This document shows positions 10,474 to 21,975 of a stretch of DNA of 64,000 nucleotides, one piece after another. Location: positions 119,105 to 183,104 of the forward strand of contig CAWGNJ010000005.1 of the NCBI GenBank assembly GCA_963823915.1. Reading direction: 5' to 3'. Numbering within the stretch: the first letter of the stretch is position 1; each line of letters begins with the position of its first letter. The notes beneath the pieces were generated by a model. That model saw nothing but the letters and a program-made list of their open reading frames with translations, made no database searches and had not been told where the DNA came from. Position numbers and translations under genes: made by a program. The stretch comes from an uncultured Actinomycetota bacterium. GTDB lineage: Bacteria; Actinomycetota; Acidimicrobiia; Spongiisociales; UBA4744.

Positions 10474-12255
10474 TCAGACGGAGACGAGGGTGCCGATCTG
10501 TTGGACGGCGCGGTGGAGGCCTTCCAAGCGGTCCGCAAAATGTCCGCGGTCGGCCTTCGGGAGACGCTCGATCAACTCAGCGTAATGCTCGATGCCGGAT
10601 CGCAGGTTTTCTTTCACCTCGTTGAAGTAACTCTCCTTGCGAGCGGAAATCCCGAGGGCGAACCGTCGAAACTCTTTGCCGGCATAGTCGACGTACAACT
10701 CGATTTCCCTGATGAACATGTGTGGTCGATCAGGGTTGGTGAGCAAAGAGATACGTCCGTAGATGTGGTCGACCATTTCGCGCAGAGTCGCCACTTTCGA
10801 GAAGTTGACGATGTTGGGTCCGGTGCAGACCGCCGTGGCCGCGTCGTCGTTGATGCCGGAGCTGAGCTCGGCGCCTCCGGCCAGGTCGCGGCATAAGCAG
10901 GTCTTAGCCAGCACATCTTCTTCCACCACGACTCGCTGCTCGGGGGTGTACCCCTCCTTGTCCAGGTGAGCGAGCTTCTGGACGACGTACTTGCGCGAGG
11001 CCGTACAGATCGGTTCTTCGGAGAATTCCGTGTTGTGCAGGGCGAGGTATCCCTTGGGGCAGGCACTTCCGGGCTTGCCGAGGGAGATTCGAGCCCGGCG
11101 GAGGAGATCGCTCGCCGAGTTGCGGAGGTTCCAGAAAGGGATGCCAAACGGGGAGGCTTCACTCAGCTCGACGTCATCGTCGGTTGCCTCCAGCAGCTTG
11201 GCTCGGTGTGAGTCATCGACGTTGGTCACTTCTGGGACCAGCAGGAAGGGTGTGCCCCATCCGGCCGAGTCCAGCTCATAGTGGTCGAGGAGCAGATTCT
11301 GCTCATCAGCGGTGCCGATGCCTCCCTGGGCCGTAATCCGCATCGGTAGTGGATCGCGCAGCGCCGGGCGCCCGCCGGCGATCAGAGCCTTGCTGGTCGC
11401 GTTGTGCAGCGTCTCGACCAATTCAGAACGTCTGGTGCGGAATTCGTCCAGGATCGGGCCCATCAGTTGGCCGGCGGTCGGGAAAGTGTGGCCGCCGCAG
11501 TTGAGGCCGGACTCGATCCGGTACTCGGAGACCCACAATCCACGTTTCGCCAGGTACTTGCCCTGTATGAAGGCCGACCGATAGTCACTCACCTTGAGGA
11601 CGATGCGCTTGCGAAGCTCGCCTCGCTCATCCGGGAAGAAGTCGTCGAAGTCGCTCATGTAGCCGAAGAGGCGCGGGTTCAGACCCGCCGAGAAGACCAC
11701 CGATGATCGGAGAGTACTCATGGCGAATCCTCGCAACCCGGAAAGGGCGTCACTGAACTGGGGTGCCCGCTTCTCCTTCCCGAGATAAGTGTCCCGATCG
11801 ATTTTGGTCATGAGGTTGACGTCGATTGCCCCTGGAACGACTTGCCGCCGCAAGTCTGCCTCCAGCACCGCTTGCTCACGATTGTCTTCTGTCGCCAACA
11901 TCTTCCGATATGACACCTTGAGGGGACCTTCCGGCAACATTTCGAAATAGACCGTTAGGTCCGTTCCTGGATCGAACGGCAAATCCTTCATGGCGTCCAT
12001 CTGCCGCTCAACCAGCAAATGGACCAGATCGAGGTACGCCGTGATGCGGTTGGCACGAGCGTCTTCATCATCATCCGTGATTTCTTCGTACGGTTCGCCG
12101 GCCTCGGTGCTGTGCAACCTGCGCATCTGTTCGATGAGCACGTCATCGACGATCTGGATGACGGAGTCGATCCCATAGCGGGCCACTCTCAAAGGCGTGT
12201 CGATGGTGAATCCGGTGCCCATCACGGGAATGTGGAAGGAGTGAGCGGTCGTCAT
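10474..12255 (-). CDS. Conserved hypothetical protein, possibly a flavin TIM-barrel (nitronate-monooxygenase-like) enzyme
   Basis: Intact 593-aa ORF; HSFHIPVMGTGFTID, ESGLNCGGH, ITAQGGIGT, GWGTPFLL; Cys cluster CPKG...CTAS...CLC...CTGP. Confidence 0.6.
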   Translation of the reverse strand: MTTAHSFHIPVMGTGFTIDTPLRVARYGIDSVIQIVDDVLIEQMRRLHSTEAGEPYEEITDDDEDARANRITAYLDLVHLLVERQMDAMKDLPFDPGTDLTVYFEMLPEGPLKVSYRKMLATEDNREQAVLEADLRRQVVPGAIDVNLMTKIDRDTYLGKEKRAPQFSDALSGLRGFAMSTLRSSVVFSAGLNPRLFGYMSDFDDFFPDERGELRKRIVLKVSDYRSAFIQGKYLAKRGLWVSEYRIESGLNCGGHTFPTAGQLMGPILDEFRTRRSELVETLHNATSKALIAGGRPALRDPLPMRITAQGGIGTADEQNLLLDHYELDSAGWGTPFLLVPEVTNVDDSHRAKLLEATDDDVELSEASPFGIPFWNLRNSASDLLRRARISLGKPGSACPKGYLALHNTEFSEEPICTASRKYVVQKLAHLDKEGYTPEQRVVVEEDVLAKTCLCRDLAGGAELSSGINDDAATAVCTGPNIVNFSKVATLREMVDHIYGRISLLTNPDRPHMFIREIELYVDYAGKEFRRFALGISARKESYFNEVKENLRSGIEHYAELIERLPKADRGHFADRLEGLHRAVQQIGTLVSV

Positions 12256-12437
12256 GAGCCATCCCTGGTGCTGCGAGGGCTGGTGGGAGGCTGCATTTTG
12301 TCCCCAATCGTGGATCGGGGGTCAGACCTCCGACCCCACTGCTGCGTTACCGGTCGGATCGACCGAACTTTGGCGTCCCAGGTGCACGAAGAGCGTGTTC
12401 GTACGACGCCAAAACCGGGAAGGGCTAGCGTGACGTT

Positions 12438-13854
12438 GTGACCCTGGTTGGTGAGCTGCAAGACCTGCTTGGTGAGGATCGGGTTCTGGCCGATCCGCTT
12501 CGCACGCACGTCTATGGGAAAGACGCCGGAATCAGGCGCGGCGAGGTGGCCGTTGTCGTCCTGCCGGCTACGGCCGCGGAAGTCGTGGGAATCGTCGAGA
12601 TCGCCACCCGATATGGAATCCCCATCGTGCCCCGGGGTGCCGGAACCGGTCTGGCGGGCGGAACGGTTCCCACCAGTCCATCTCTGGTGGTGTCGCTCAC
12701 ACGATTGACCGGTATCGCGGTGGATGCGGAAAGCCAGACAGCCTGGGTCGGGGCCGGGGTACTCAACCTCGATCTGAGCAACCACACCGCCGCCCACGGC
12801 CTCCATTTCGCTCCCGATCCCTCGTCGCAGGCGGCCTGCACCATCGGCGGCAATGTGGCCAACAACAGCGGCGGGCCTCATTGTCTGGCCGAAGGAACCA
12901 CCGTCAATCACGTGCTGGCCGTCGAGCTCGTCACGGCCGGAGGCGAGTTGATTGTGTTGGGCGGCGAATCGCCTGATCCGATCGGACTGGATCTGCGGGG
13001 GATTGTGGTCGGGTCGGAGGGCACTTTGGGCATCGTAACCCGGGCGCTAGTCAAACTGACCCCGAATCCTCCCGCGGTTCGCACCCTGCTCGCCGCCTAC
13101 GACCGGGTTGAGGATGCCGCCGCCACCGTAACGGGGATCATCGCCGGAGGGATCGTGCCCGCCGCGTTGGAGATGATGGACCGCCTGATGACCACTGCCG
13201 TGGAGAGATTCGTTGGAGCGGGTTTTCCCACGGATGCGGCGGCCGTGCTCCTCGCCGAGGTCACCGGTCATCCGGCCGCGGTGGAAGCCGAAGCCGAATT
13301 GATCCGGGCAGTGGCGGAAACCAACGGTGCTCGTGACATCCGGTTGGCCGTCGATGAGGCGGAGCGAGCGTTGCTCTGGAAGGGGCGCAAGGCGGCTTTT
13401 GGAGCGGTGGCCCAGACCGCTCCCGACTACTACCTACACGACACGGTGGTACCTCGCACCAAGTTGGTGGAGGTCATGGCCAAGGTCTACGAGATCGCCG
13501 ATCGGTACGACCTGGCCATGATGAACGTCTTTCACGCCGGCGACGGCAACCTCCACCCTTTGATGGCCTTTGATGCTTCCGAGGACGGCGTGCTCGAGAG
13601 AGTCGAGGCCGCGGCCGATGAGCTGGTAAGGGTTTGCGTGGCCGCCGGGGGTGCTCTGTCCGGCGAGCACGGCATCGGGTTGGAAAAGCGGGATCTCATG
13701 CCACTCGTGTTTTCTGCAGCCGACCTCGATGCCCAAGCTCGTCTCGCCGAAGCATTCGATCCCGACGGGTTGTTCAACCCCGACAAGGTGCTTCCGAGCC
13801 GGATCCAGGTGTTTCGACATGGGGCGGCCGGTTCCTGAAGGAACGTGGATATGA
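12438..13854 (+). CDS. glcD: FAD-linked oxidase, glycolate oxidase subunit GlcD-like; frameshift near 13800
   Basis: PRGAGTGLAGG, PDPSSQAACTIGGNVANNSGGPH, GSEGTLG, FHAGDGNLHP, GEHGIG. Confidence 0.88.
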
Positions 13855-14970
13855 CCTCGGTGAAGGCCGCCCTCCAACGCCGTCTGGGAGCGTTTCTGGC
13901 TGACCCTATTGAAGGGGCGCCCGACGAATCGGTGGTCGTTGCGCCGGCCACGCTCGAGGAGCGAGCCGCGGTGCTTTCTGTGGCGTCGGAACACTCGTTG
14001 CCGGTGTTGATCTGGGGCGGTGGTACCCAGCAAGGCATCGGCGGCCGGGTCGATCCAACGATTGTCCTGTCGACTGCCCGTCTAGCTTCGATCGTCGATT
14101 GGCAGCCAGAAGACCTCACCGTCGTTGTTGAGGCCGGGGTGCGGGTGACCGACCTCGAAGACGCAATTGGCGGAGCGCGGTCAGACGGCGGTGCTGCCCG
14201 AGGGTGCTGGGAGGGCAACGGTCGGCGGAGTCGTAGCGGCCGGTGCTTCTGGGTTCCGGCGCTTGCGATACGGGCCGACCCGCGACCGGATGTTGGAAGT
14301 CGAACTGGTGACCGGCGACGGACGGATAGTCCGCGGTGGCGGTCGGGTCGTCAAGAACGTGACGGGCTTTGACCTGCCCCGTCTGGCCACCGGGTCCCTT
14401 GGCTCACTGGGGTTGATCGGCCGGGTCTGCCTGAAACTCTGGCCGCTTCCGACGGCGGCCACGACTGTGACTCTGGGCGAAAGAAGATCCGACTACGGAT
14501 ATCGGCCTCTGGCGGTGGTCGAAGAGCGAGAAAGGGTGCTTGTCTTTCTGGCGGGAACCCCCGCCGAGGTCGAAGCTCGATCGGCCGAGCTGGGTGGCAG
14601 TCGTCAGGAGGGCTGGCAGTGGCCAGATCCGCCGGCCGGAGCCATCCGGCTCTCTTTGCGTGTGCCTCCCCGGCTGCTGGATCGGGCCCTAGCCCAGCTA
14701 CCGGCCTCTTGGAGCTACCAAGCGTTGCCGGGGGTGGGGGAGGCACGGATTGGTGCGTCCGAGTTCGACCTCGAAAGCTGTGCAGGGTTGCGCCGCTGGG
14801 CCGAGACCCACGGCGGCGCGCTGGTGCTCACCGGCGCTCCTCGGTCTGTCTACGAGTCGTTCGACCCGTGGGGTACCGATCCGGCCGACCTGGCGTTACA
14901 GCGTCGGGTTGTCGCCCGCTTCGATCCGGACCGGGTAGTCAACCCGGGCCGCATGCCGGGCGGTTGGTGA
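13851..14970 (+). CDS. glcE: Glycolate oxidase FAD-binding subunit GlcE-like; frameshift near 14167
   Basis: WQPEDLTVVVEAG, ATVGGVVA, GGRVVKNVTGFDL, FDPDRVVNPGR; lies between glcD and glcF. Confidence 0.82.
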
Positions 14971-16226
14971 TGGGCTGGACCACTTCCGAAGCCCCGCGCC
15001 CGGCAGAGCTCAGCGCCTGTGTCGATTGTGGTTTGTGTCTGCCCCATTGCCCGACCTATCGGCTGACAGCGGATGAAACGGCGTCTCCTCGTGGCCGCAT
15101 CGCGGCAATGCGAGCAGTGGCTGCTGAGGTAGCTCCCCTGGATGGCGTCTTCGAGGAAATGATGTCGTTCTGCCTGCAATGCCGGGCGTGCGAGACCGCG
15201 TGTCCTTCGCTGGTCCCTTTCGGCCGGGCCATGGAAGGATCCCGAGCGGAAGTAGCTGCCCAGCGTCCCGATCCGGCCCGGCGGCTTCGCCACCTGGTGG
15301 CCGGCCGTTTGGTTTCCTCCCCCTGGTTGATGAGGTTGGCTACCCGGGCCATTGGGTTGGCACGCCGAACCGGTTTGATCCGGTTGTTCCCGATTGGGGT
15401 CAAGACGAGCGTCTCCGGGATGAGGGACGTCCGCCGCTTGTCGGCGACTGTGCGCGGCAGCGTACATCTCGCCCAAGGCGAGGAGTTGGGGACGGCGGCG
15501 CTACTGGCCGGTTGCGTGATGGATCCCTGGTTTGGCGGCGTGCACGAAGCATCAATTGAGTTGCTGAGGAGGGCGGGCTATCGGGTAGTGATCCCCGTAG
15601 ATCAGACCTGTTGTGGGGCGCTGGCCGCGCACGACGGTGACACCAGGCGGGCCCGCCGGTTGGCCGCCCGGAACGTTCGGGCGTTGCGCGGCTGTGATCT
15701 GGTTGTCAGTGACGCCGCCGGGTGCAGCTCGCATCTCAAGGAGTATTCCGAATGGGCCGGCGATGGGGGAGCAATCATCGCCGATCGGACTCGGGACATC
15801 ACCCAGGTGGTTGCCACGGCCATTGAGAGCGGCCGGCTTCCGAGGATGTTGGGCAACCGGGGGGCGGTCGCGGTGCAGGACCCTTGCCATCTGCGGCACG
15901 CACAGCGCATTGTCGACCAGCCTCGGGTCATCCTGGCCGCCGCCGGCTACCAGCCGGTCGATCTGTCCGACGATCAATGTTGCGGGGCCGCCGGTCTCTA
16001 CTCGGTGCTGCAGCCCGAGACTTCGCAAGCTTTGGGTGCCAACAGGGCTGCACAGGTTCGATTGGGTGGCTCAACCGTGGTGGCCTCCGCCAATCCCGGG
16101 TGTGAGATGCAGTTGCGCGCCCATCTGGAGAGCTGGTATCGCGTCGCTCATCCCGTGGAGCTGTACTGGGAATCCTTCCGCGAAACCGAAACCAGGAGGC
16201 CCGGCGACGAGTCTGAACCCGAGTAG
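14970..16226 (+). CDS. glcF: Glycolate oxidase Fe-S subunit GlcF-like
   Basis: CVDCGLCLPHCPTY, CLQCRACETACPS, two CCG domains, ANPGC. Confidence 0.88.
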   Translation: MGWTTSEAPRPAELSACVDCGLCLPHCPTYRLTADETASPRGRIAAMRAVAAEVAPLDGVFEEMMSFCLQCRACETACPSLVPFGRAMEGSRAEVAAQRPDPARRLRHLVAGRLVSSPWLMRLATRAIGLARRTGLIRLFPIGVKTSVSGMRDVRRLSATVRGSVHLAQGEELGTAALLAGCVMDPWFGGVHEASIELLRRAGYRVVIPVDQTCCGALAAHDGDTRRARRLAARNVRALRGCDLVVSDAAGCSSHLKEYSEWAGDGGAIIADRTRDITQVVATAIESGRLPRMLGNRGAVAVQDPCHLRHAQRIVDQPRVILAAAGYQPVDLSDDQCCGAAGLYSVLQPETSQALGANRAAQVRLGGSTVVASANPGCEMQLRAHLESWYRVAHPVELYWESFRETETRRPGDESEPE

Positions 16227-16229
16227 GCT

Positions 16230-16868
16230 GTGCCGACCGCACGTGAACTCCAGGGAGTAGGGACCGTGGACGATCCTCAGGTCATGATCCAGGAACCAGC
16301 TGAGCCAGAAGCCCGGCGACTGTTCCGCCTGTTCCGACGTATCGCCGGCACAACCTTTGACGTTGGCCTGTTGGTGGTGGGCACAGCTTTGGTCTCGCTG
16401 GCCATTGTCGTTCTATTGGACGGGTTTGAGGTTCTCGACGTTGGCTTGACCAAGTCAACCGGTGAGATGCTGGGCTCCGGGTTGGTGATAGCGGTATTCG
16501 GCGCGTTTGCCCTGGGGGTAGCGGTCGAAGGCCCCATTCGGGCGCTCCGGACTCGGACGGGAACGGAAATCGAAATCCTCCTCATTCGGGCCGGCTCGCT
16601 GCTGCTGGTCGGTGGCATCCTCCTGTTCATCGGACGGTTCATCGAGCCGTACCTCGAAGAATTGCCGTCCACTTTCGCCATCGCCAACGATGTTCTCGTG
16701 GCCACCGGGGTCGCCGGTCTGACGGCCACGTTGTTGCTGGGGGCAACCATCCTCTGGGGTTTGCGGCGCCTCTATGCCGATCGGCCGTGGTTGGACTTGA
16801 TCGAGCTTCCCGTCCTCTACTCCCTATGGGTAATCGGGACGCTGATCGTGTTCAACGTCATGAATTAG
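16230..16868 (+). CDS. Hypothetical integral membrane protein; start may be 16266
   Basis: About five hydrophobic segments. Confidence 0.7.
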   Translation: MPTARELQGVGTVDDPQVMIQEPAEPEARRLFRLFRRIAGTTFDVGLLVVGTALVSLAIVVLLDGFEVLDVGLTKSTGEMLGSGLVIAVFGAFALGVAVEGPIRALRTRTGTEIEILLIRAGSLLLVGGILLFIGRFIEPYLEELPSTFAIANDVLVATGVAGLTATLLLGATILWGLRRLYADRPWLDLIELPVLYSLWVIGTLIVFNVMN

Positions 16869-16869
16869 A

Positions 16870-16960
16870 AGCGAAGCTTCGCTCCGCAGTTGTCAGTTAT
16901 CAGTGTTCAGTGGTCAGTTTTCAGTCGTCAGTTGGTAGCTCGTAGCTCGTAGCTCGCAGC
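16870..16960. repeat. Short palindrome followed by a degenerate 7-bp tandem array
   Basis: GCGAAGCTTCGC, then AGTTGTC AGTTATC AGTGTTC AGTGGTC AGTTTTC AGTCGTC AGTTGGT AGCTCGT AGCTCGT AGCTCGC; between convergent genes. Confidence 0.8.
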
Positions 16961-17533
16961 TCAGACAAACGGGTCGGGGAGGGTGTCGGTCAGGTCGTCG
17001 CGTAACGCATAGAACTCCTGGCGGGTGATGTCCATGACGACGGAACCGCCCAGTTGCCCGTTTCGGTAGATGGAACGCCGGAAACGAGCCGTCTCCTTGA
17101 AGCCGAGTTTCTCGGCCAAGGCAATCGCCCGGGGATTCAGCGAGTGGGTCCAAATGCGCACCACCCGAAGTCCCAACTCGTCGAACATGAAGCGGAGCAA
17201 GAGGTCGTTGGCTTCCAGTGCGTAACCCGTGCCCCAGAAGTGCCGGGCAACCATCACCCCGAGGCTGGCCGAGAAGCGAGGTTCGAGCCCCATGTATCCT
17301 ACGAATCCAACCCGGTCGCCCGTTTCGTTCTCCTCGATGATGAAACGCCCCTCATCGGGATCGAAAGAGAACTCACGAGCCTCGTAGCGTTTCGCCATCA
17401 TCTCCCGGGTGTAGTGAGGAGGGAGGCTCTTGGGCCATGCTTGGGTGTCGAGATCGTTGCGGAGCGCCGTGACGAAATCGACGTCATCGGCTCTTTCCTC
17501 CCGCAGCCGGACCGTGGTGCCCTCAATTGCCAT
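16961..17533 (-). CDS. GNAT acetyltransferase, RimJ/RimL-like
   Basis: FWGTGYA and NPRAIALAEKLGF motifs. Confidence 0.85.
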   Translation of the reverse strand: MAIEGTTVRLREERADDVDFVTALRNDLDTQAWPKSLPPHYTREMMAKRYEAREFSFDPDEGRFIIEENETGDRVGFVGYMGLEPRFSASLGVMVARHFWGTGYALEANDLLLRFMFDELGLRVVRIWTHSLNPRAIALAEKLGFKETARFRRSIYRNGQLGGSVVMDITRQEFYALRDDLTDTLPDPFV

Positions 17534-18050
17534 GATTGGCCTCCCACTCCTCCCGAGTCAGATCAAGGCCTACCGATGCGAAGTATTTGCCGTGGCGGAT
17601 TCCTTCCCGCCGAGCCCGGCCCGCCTCCTGAAACCCATACGTCTCGGCAAAAGCGAGGCCGGCCTCGTTCCACTCGTCGACCCAGGTCATGGCTGCCAAA
17701 GCAGGGGTGGCTCCGAACAGGTTTTGCAGCAACTGGTCGAGCGCGGCCGTCCCGAAACCGCGCCGCTGGTGAGCGGGGTCGACGACCACCGCCACGAAGG
17801 GAGCTAGAGACTCCCAGCTGGGATCCATAAGCGTGATGCCAACTAGAGCCTCACCATCATCAATTGCCAGGCGGGTCTCATCCTCCGGCTTGGTCCACTT
17901 CTCCAGCAATACCTCGACCTGTTCGAGCGAGAGAGGTTCCCGGTCCTTCTCGAGATAGCGGCGGCCCAGCAGCTCCGGCTCGTTGAGCAGTTGGTGCAGA
18001 GCACGAGCGTCGGAGGTTTCGATTGGACGCAGGGTTATGTCACCGGCCAT
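17523..18050 (-). CDS. GNAT acetyltransferase, RimJ/RimL-like
   Basis: DPAHQRRGFGT and WNEAGLAFAETYGF; start taken at MAGDITLR. Confidence 0.85.
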   Translation of the reverse strand: MAGDITLRPIETSDARALHQLLNEPELLGRRYLEKDREPLSLEQVEVLLEKWTKPEDETRLAIDDGEALVGITLMDPSWESLAPFVAVVVDPAHQRRGFGTAALDQLLQNLFGATPALAAMTWVDEWNEAGLAFAETYGFQEAGRARREGIRHGKYFASVGLDLTREEWEANHGN

Positions 18051-18119
18051 GAGGTGATGTCTAGCGGAAAGGGAGTGGAAGCGTCTCCGATTTGGTTCGC
18101 ACGGCATGGGTTTGCGAGA

Positions 18120-18188
18120 TTCGTTCCTCGTTCCTCGTTCCTCGTTCCAGGGTCTGACTAGAAACGAGAAACGAGAGACGAAGAACGG
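18120..18188. repeat. 7-bp tandem arrays (TTCCTCG)n and (GAAACGA)n
   Basis: TTCGTTCCTCGTTCCTCGTTCCTCGTTCC...GAAACGAGAAACGAGAGACGAAGAACG. Confidence 0.75.
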
Positions 18189-19058
18189 TTAACGAAGCGC
18201 CTTTTCGTAGACGAGCAATGGATGCAGCTCCATTCCGGCGCGGCGGGCTGCTTGCTGGATCCAATCGGTTTGTGGGAAGAGGATGCGCAGCCGTTCAGTG
18301 CCCTGCTCTTCAGCTAGGTCGATGGTCGCTTTCAGGAGGCGGTAGGCATCCTCGGGACCCGTGGCAATCCAGGGCACCCAGTACCGGTCTTCTTCGACGG
18401 TGCCGATCAGCCACCCTGCCGGACATTCCCACAGCGATCGAGAGAGCGCGGCGCTGACGACGTCGTCGAGGCTCATCTGTCGCCACATCCATCCGACCGC
18501 GGGGAAGAGTCCATGCCCGGAGGTGATCAGATCGCTTGTGGACCAGGCGAGAAAAGCGGGTTCCACTTCGTGGACGCCGGCCGGGTGCAACCGTTCGGGG
18601 GCCGGAGCCCTCCGCCCGCCGTTGCCGGGGACGGCCGGTACCGAACTACCTACGTCTCTTTGGGCCATTGCCCATTGCGCTACCAATCGGTAGCCCGCCT
18701 TGTCGACCTGCCGCTGGGCCGGCTCGTTCCACACTTCGGTCACCAAGCGCATGACCACCGCACCCCGTTCGCCGGCCCAAACTTCTCCGGCTTCGGTCAG
18801 ACGACCGGCGATACCCTGTCGGCGGTGGTCCGGGTGAACTCTGGCCGCCTGCGCCCAAGCTTCGGTGGGGGACAGCATCGCGACCCTGGCCATCCCAATC
18901 GCCTCGTCGTCCTCGTCGGCGGCGATCAGGATCTGTCCCTGAGGATCCCCCATCCAGCTATCGAAGGCATCGGTTACGTAGTCGCCCCACTCGAAAGTCT
19001 CGGCGGTGAACGCGGCAATGGAAGCTTTGTCCTCCGGGCGGGCCAGTCGGATTCTCAT
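18189..19058 (-). CDS. GNAT acetyltransferase, two-domain
   Basis: MRIRLARPED, ARVHPDHRRQGIA. Confidence 0.85.
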   Translation of the reverse strand: MRIRLARPEDKASIAAFTAETFEWGDYVTDAFDSWMGDPQGQILIAADEDDEAIGMARVAMLSPTEAWAQAARVHPDHRRQGIAGRLTEAGEVWAGERGAVVMRLVTEVWNEPAQRQVDKAGYRLVAQWAMAQRDVGSSVPAVPGNGGRRAPAPERLHPAGVHEVEPAFLAWSTSDLITSGHGLFPAVGWMWRQMSLDDVVSAALSRSLWECPAGWLIGTVEEDRYWVPWIATGPEDAYRLLKATIDLAEEQGTERLRILFPQTDWIQQAARRAGMELHPLLVYEKALR

Positions 19059-19101
19059 CGCTACGAGGATAGGGCGGTGCCACCCGTCCCGAACCTGGCG
19101 C

Positions 19102-20870
19102 CTACATGCGTTCCGGAATCTCGATCCCCAGCAGATCAAGGAGCAGCGTGAGTTCTCGCAGGGTCAAGTCGACAAGAGTCAGCCACGACGCCTGACGAGC
19201 AAGGTCGGGTTCGCGCAAGATGTGGCATTCCTCGTAGAAGCGGTTGAACTGCGTGGCCAGCTCGTAGGCGTATTCGGCGACATGGTTGGGAGCCCGGAGC
19301 TCAAATGTGCGTTCGAGGACCTCGGGCAAGCGTGCCAGGTAGAGCGCCAGATTGCGCTCAGCGTCGACCCCAGGCGGAACCAAAGGACCAAGCGACAATC
19401 CGGCCTGTTCGGCGTTGCGGAGAATCGACTTGATCCGAACGGCCGAGTACTGCAAGTAGGGCCCGGTCTTCCCCTCGAAAGAAGCGAACCGGTCCAGGTC
19501 AAATAGGTAATTGGACGTTCGGTGATTGCTCAAATCCCCGAACTTCAGTGCTGCCAGCCCAACCTGCCGGGCTATCTCGGATCTCTCGGCATCTGGATAC
19601 TCCTGGGCGATATCGGCTTCCGACAACCGTCGGTCGGCCGCCTCAGTGACCAAAGAAATCAGATCGCGAAGCTTCAGCACCCCACCCCGGCGAGTCTGAA
19701 ATGGTTTGCCATCCGGCCCGTTCATGGTCCCGAACTTGATATGTTCCAACCCCACGCTCTCCGGGGCGATGCCACCTCGCCGAGCCGCCCGGAATACCTG
19801 TTCGAAGTGGAAACCCTGCCGAGCGTCGACCACGTACAACACCAACTGCCGGTCGAGATCATCGACTCGTTGCTCGATCGTGGCCAGATCGGTCGTCGAG
19901 TACAGGAATCCGCCGTCCGATTTGGCGACCAGGAAGGGAGGCATGTCCGCCTTGTCGTCTGGTTCGTCAATGGCTATGACCAACGCCCCGTCGCTCTCGG
20001 TCACGACGTCGGCTTGCTCGAGGCGTTCAACCATCGGAATCGATGCGGTCGTGCACGGTGGACTCGCCGTACCACAGATCGAACTCGATCCCGAGGGCGG
20101 CGAAATCTCGGCGGTGGGCGGCCATCGAGATGTCGTGAAGTTGCTGCCACAGCGCCCGATAGCCTCGTCGACCTTGTTGCAGTTCAACGGTGGCGATCCG
20201 GGCCCGCTCGGCCTCTTCCGGGTTCTCGGCACAACGCGCCGAGACCAGCGGATACATGGCTTCGAGGTCGTCCAGGGTGATCTCGATCTCCGGGTACTCG
20301 CCGTCATAGTCGGCATCGAAGAAGGGGAGACGGGGGTTGCCGCCGGGCGATTTCGATGATGAGCATCCCCATTTGGGTGCCCCAATCTCCGAAGTGGGCG
20401 TCGCCGAGCGTGTTGTGGCCCGAGGAAACGGGCAATCCGCTTGAGCGAATCACCGATGATCGTGGCGCGCAGATGCCCGACATGCATCTCCTTGGCAACG
20501 TTGGGACCGCCATAGTCCACGAGAACCTTCGGCGGGCTGGACCTCTGGCACTCCCAGCCGTGGGTCGTCGGCTACCCTTGCATCTCCCCGGCGACAAAAG
20601 TCGTCCGTCAGGCTGATATTGATGAATCCGGGTCCGGCCAGGGAAAGGTCCGCGAATCGATCGTCATGCAATCGGACCCGATCAACGATGTCCTGGGCGA
20701 TCTCCCGGGGAGGTCGTCCGGCTGCTTTGGCAGCCGGAAGCGCCCCGTTGCATTGGAATTGTCCGAGTTCGGGCCTCTGGGAGACGACCACCGTGCCCAA
20801 CGCGCGATCGAGCCCGGCCTGCTCGAAGGCGTCGCCGAAGATTCGAGGTGAGATCATTGAGAAGTGACAT
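19102..20870 (-). CDS. argS: Arginyl-tRNA synthetase, frameshifted
   Basis: FQCNGAL and AGPGFINI, HIGH-type PNVAKEMHVGHLR, HFGDWGTQMG, GKTGPYLQYSAVRIKSI, terminal LGIEIPERM. Confidence 0.95.
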
Positions 20871-20998
20871 GTGGTTGCCGTTGTCGGGAACGTCTGCAGG
20901 ATAGGCTGCCGATCCGCACTGCCGCGGACCTTGGCTGTTGCCGCCGGGTACCCGACCATGGTTGCATGAAGAACTCAGCTAGAGGAGTCGTCGAGAGG

Positions 20999-21975
20999 AT
21001 GCAAGGAACCCACCCCCGTCGGGTCGTCGTCTTCCTGGCTGCTCTTCTTGTCCTGGCGGCGTGTTCAAGCGGTGACGCCGGCGTGGATTCGATAAGCCTC
21101 TACACGTCGGTAACCCAGGGCACCGTCGATGCGGTGGTCGAAGCATTCGAAGCAGACTCATCCCGGGAACCGAGGTCGAGGTGTTCCGCTCCCCGACCGG
21201 GGAACTCACCGCCCGAATCGCCGCCGAACAACGGGAGGGTGGTATCCAGGCAGATCTCATCTGGCTGACCGACCCACTCTCGATGCAGCAATACGACGCG
21301 GACGGTCTGCTGGGGGAATTCACTCCTGCCGAAGTCGAGCAGATCCCGGCCGAGTTCCGCTCTGATCGCTTCTGGGGAACCCGGCTTCTCTCGATGGTCA
21401 TCATTCAGCAAACAGGTTTGACTCCCGGAATGAGGGGATGGGAAGACCTTGCTGATCCGGCCTTCGGAGTCGTGGCGATCCCCGACCCGGCGTTTGCGGG
21501 TTCGGCGCTGGGAGCCATGGCCTATCTGGCCATGGCGGACGGTTTGGGATGGACTTCTATGCTCGTGTTGGCTGCCAACGGAGGTGTGCAGGTCAATTCC
21601 CCGGGCGATGTGGTGACCGGTGTGGCCGAAGGTCAATTCGCGGCCGGAATGACGCTGGCGTTCTCGGCCCGGGCGGCTATCGACAAGGGGTCGCCGATCG
21701 AGATCGTATGGCCGGAGCCGGGGGCCATCGCCATGTACAGCCCGATCGCCATATTCGCTTCCAGCCGATGAGCCGGCGCATGGCCGAGACATTTGTCGAC
21801 TACGTGTTGACCCGCGCAGGTCAGGAAGCCATTGCCGGGACGGGCTGGCAACCCGTCCGAGCGACGTGGCTTGGGAGTGCCGGGGGCGGCCCGATCGTGA
21901 CTCCCTCCTGGCCGGACGTGTTCAACCGGCAAGACGAGCTTTTGAACCAGATACCGGGAGATCTTCGGTGGCTGA
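20999..21975 (+). CDS. ABC transporter substrate-binding lipoprotein, Fe3+/AfuA-FbpA-like, frameshifted
   Basis: Lipobox VLAAC, LYTS, TGELTARIAAE, WEDLADP, DPAFAGSA, IVWPEPGAI. Confidence 0.8.
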
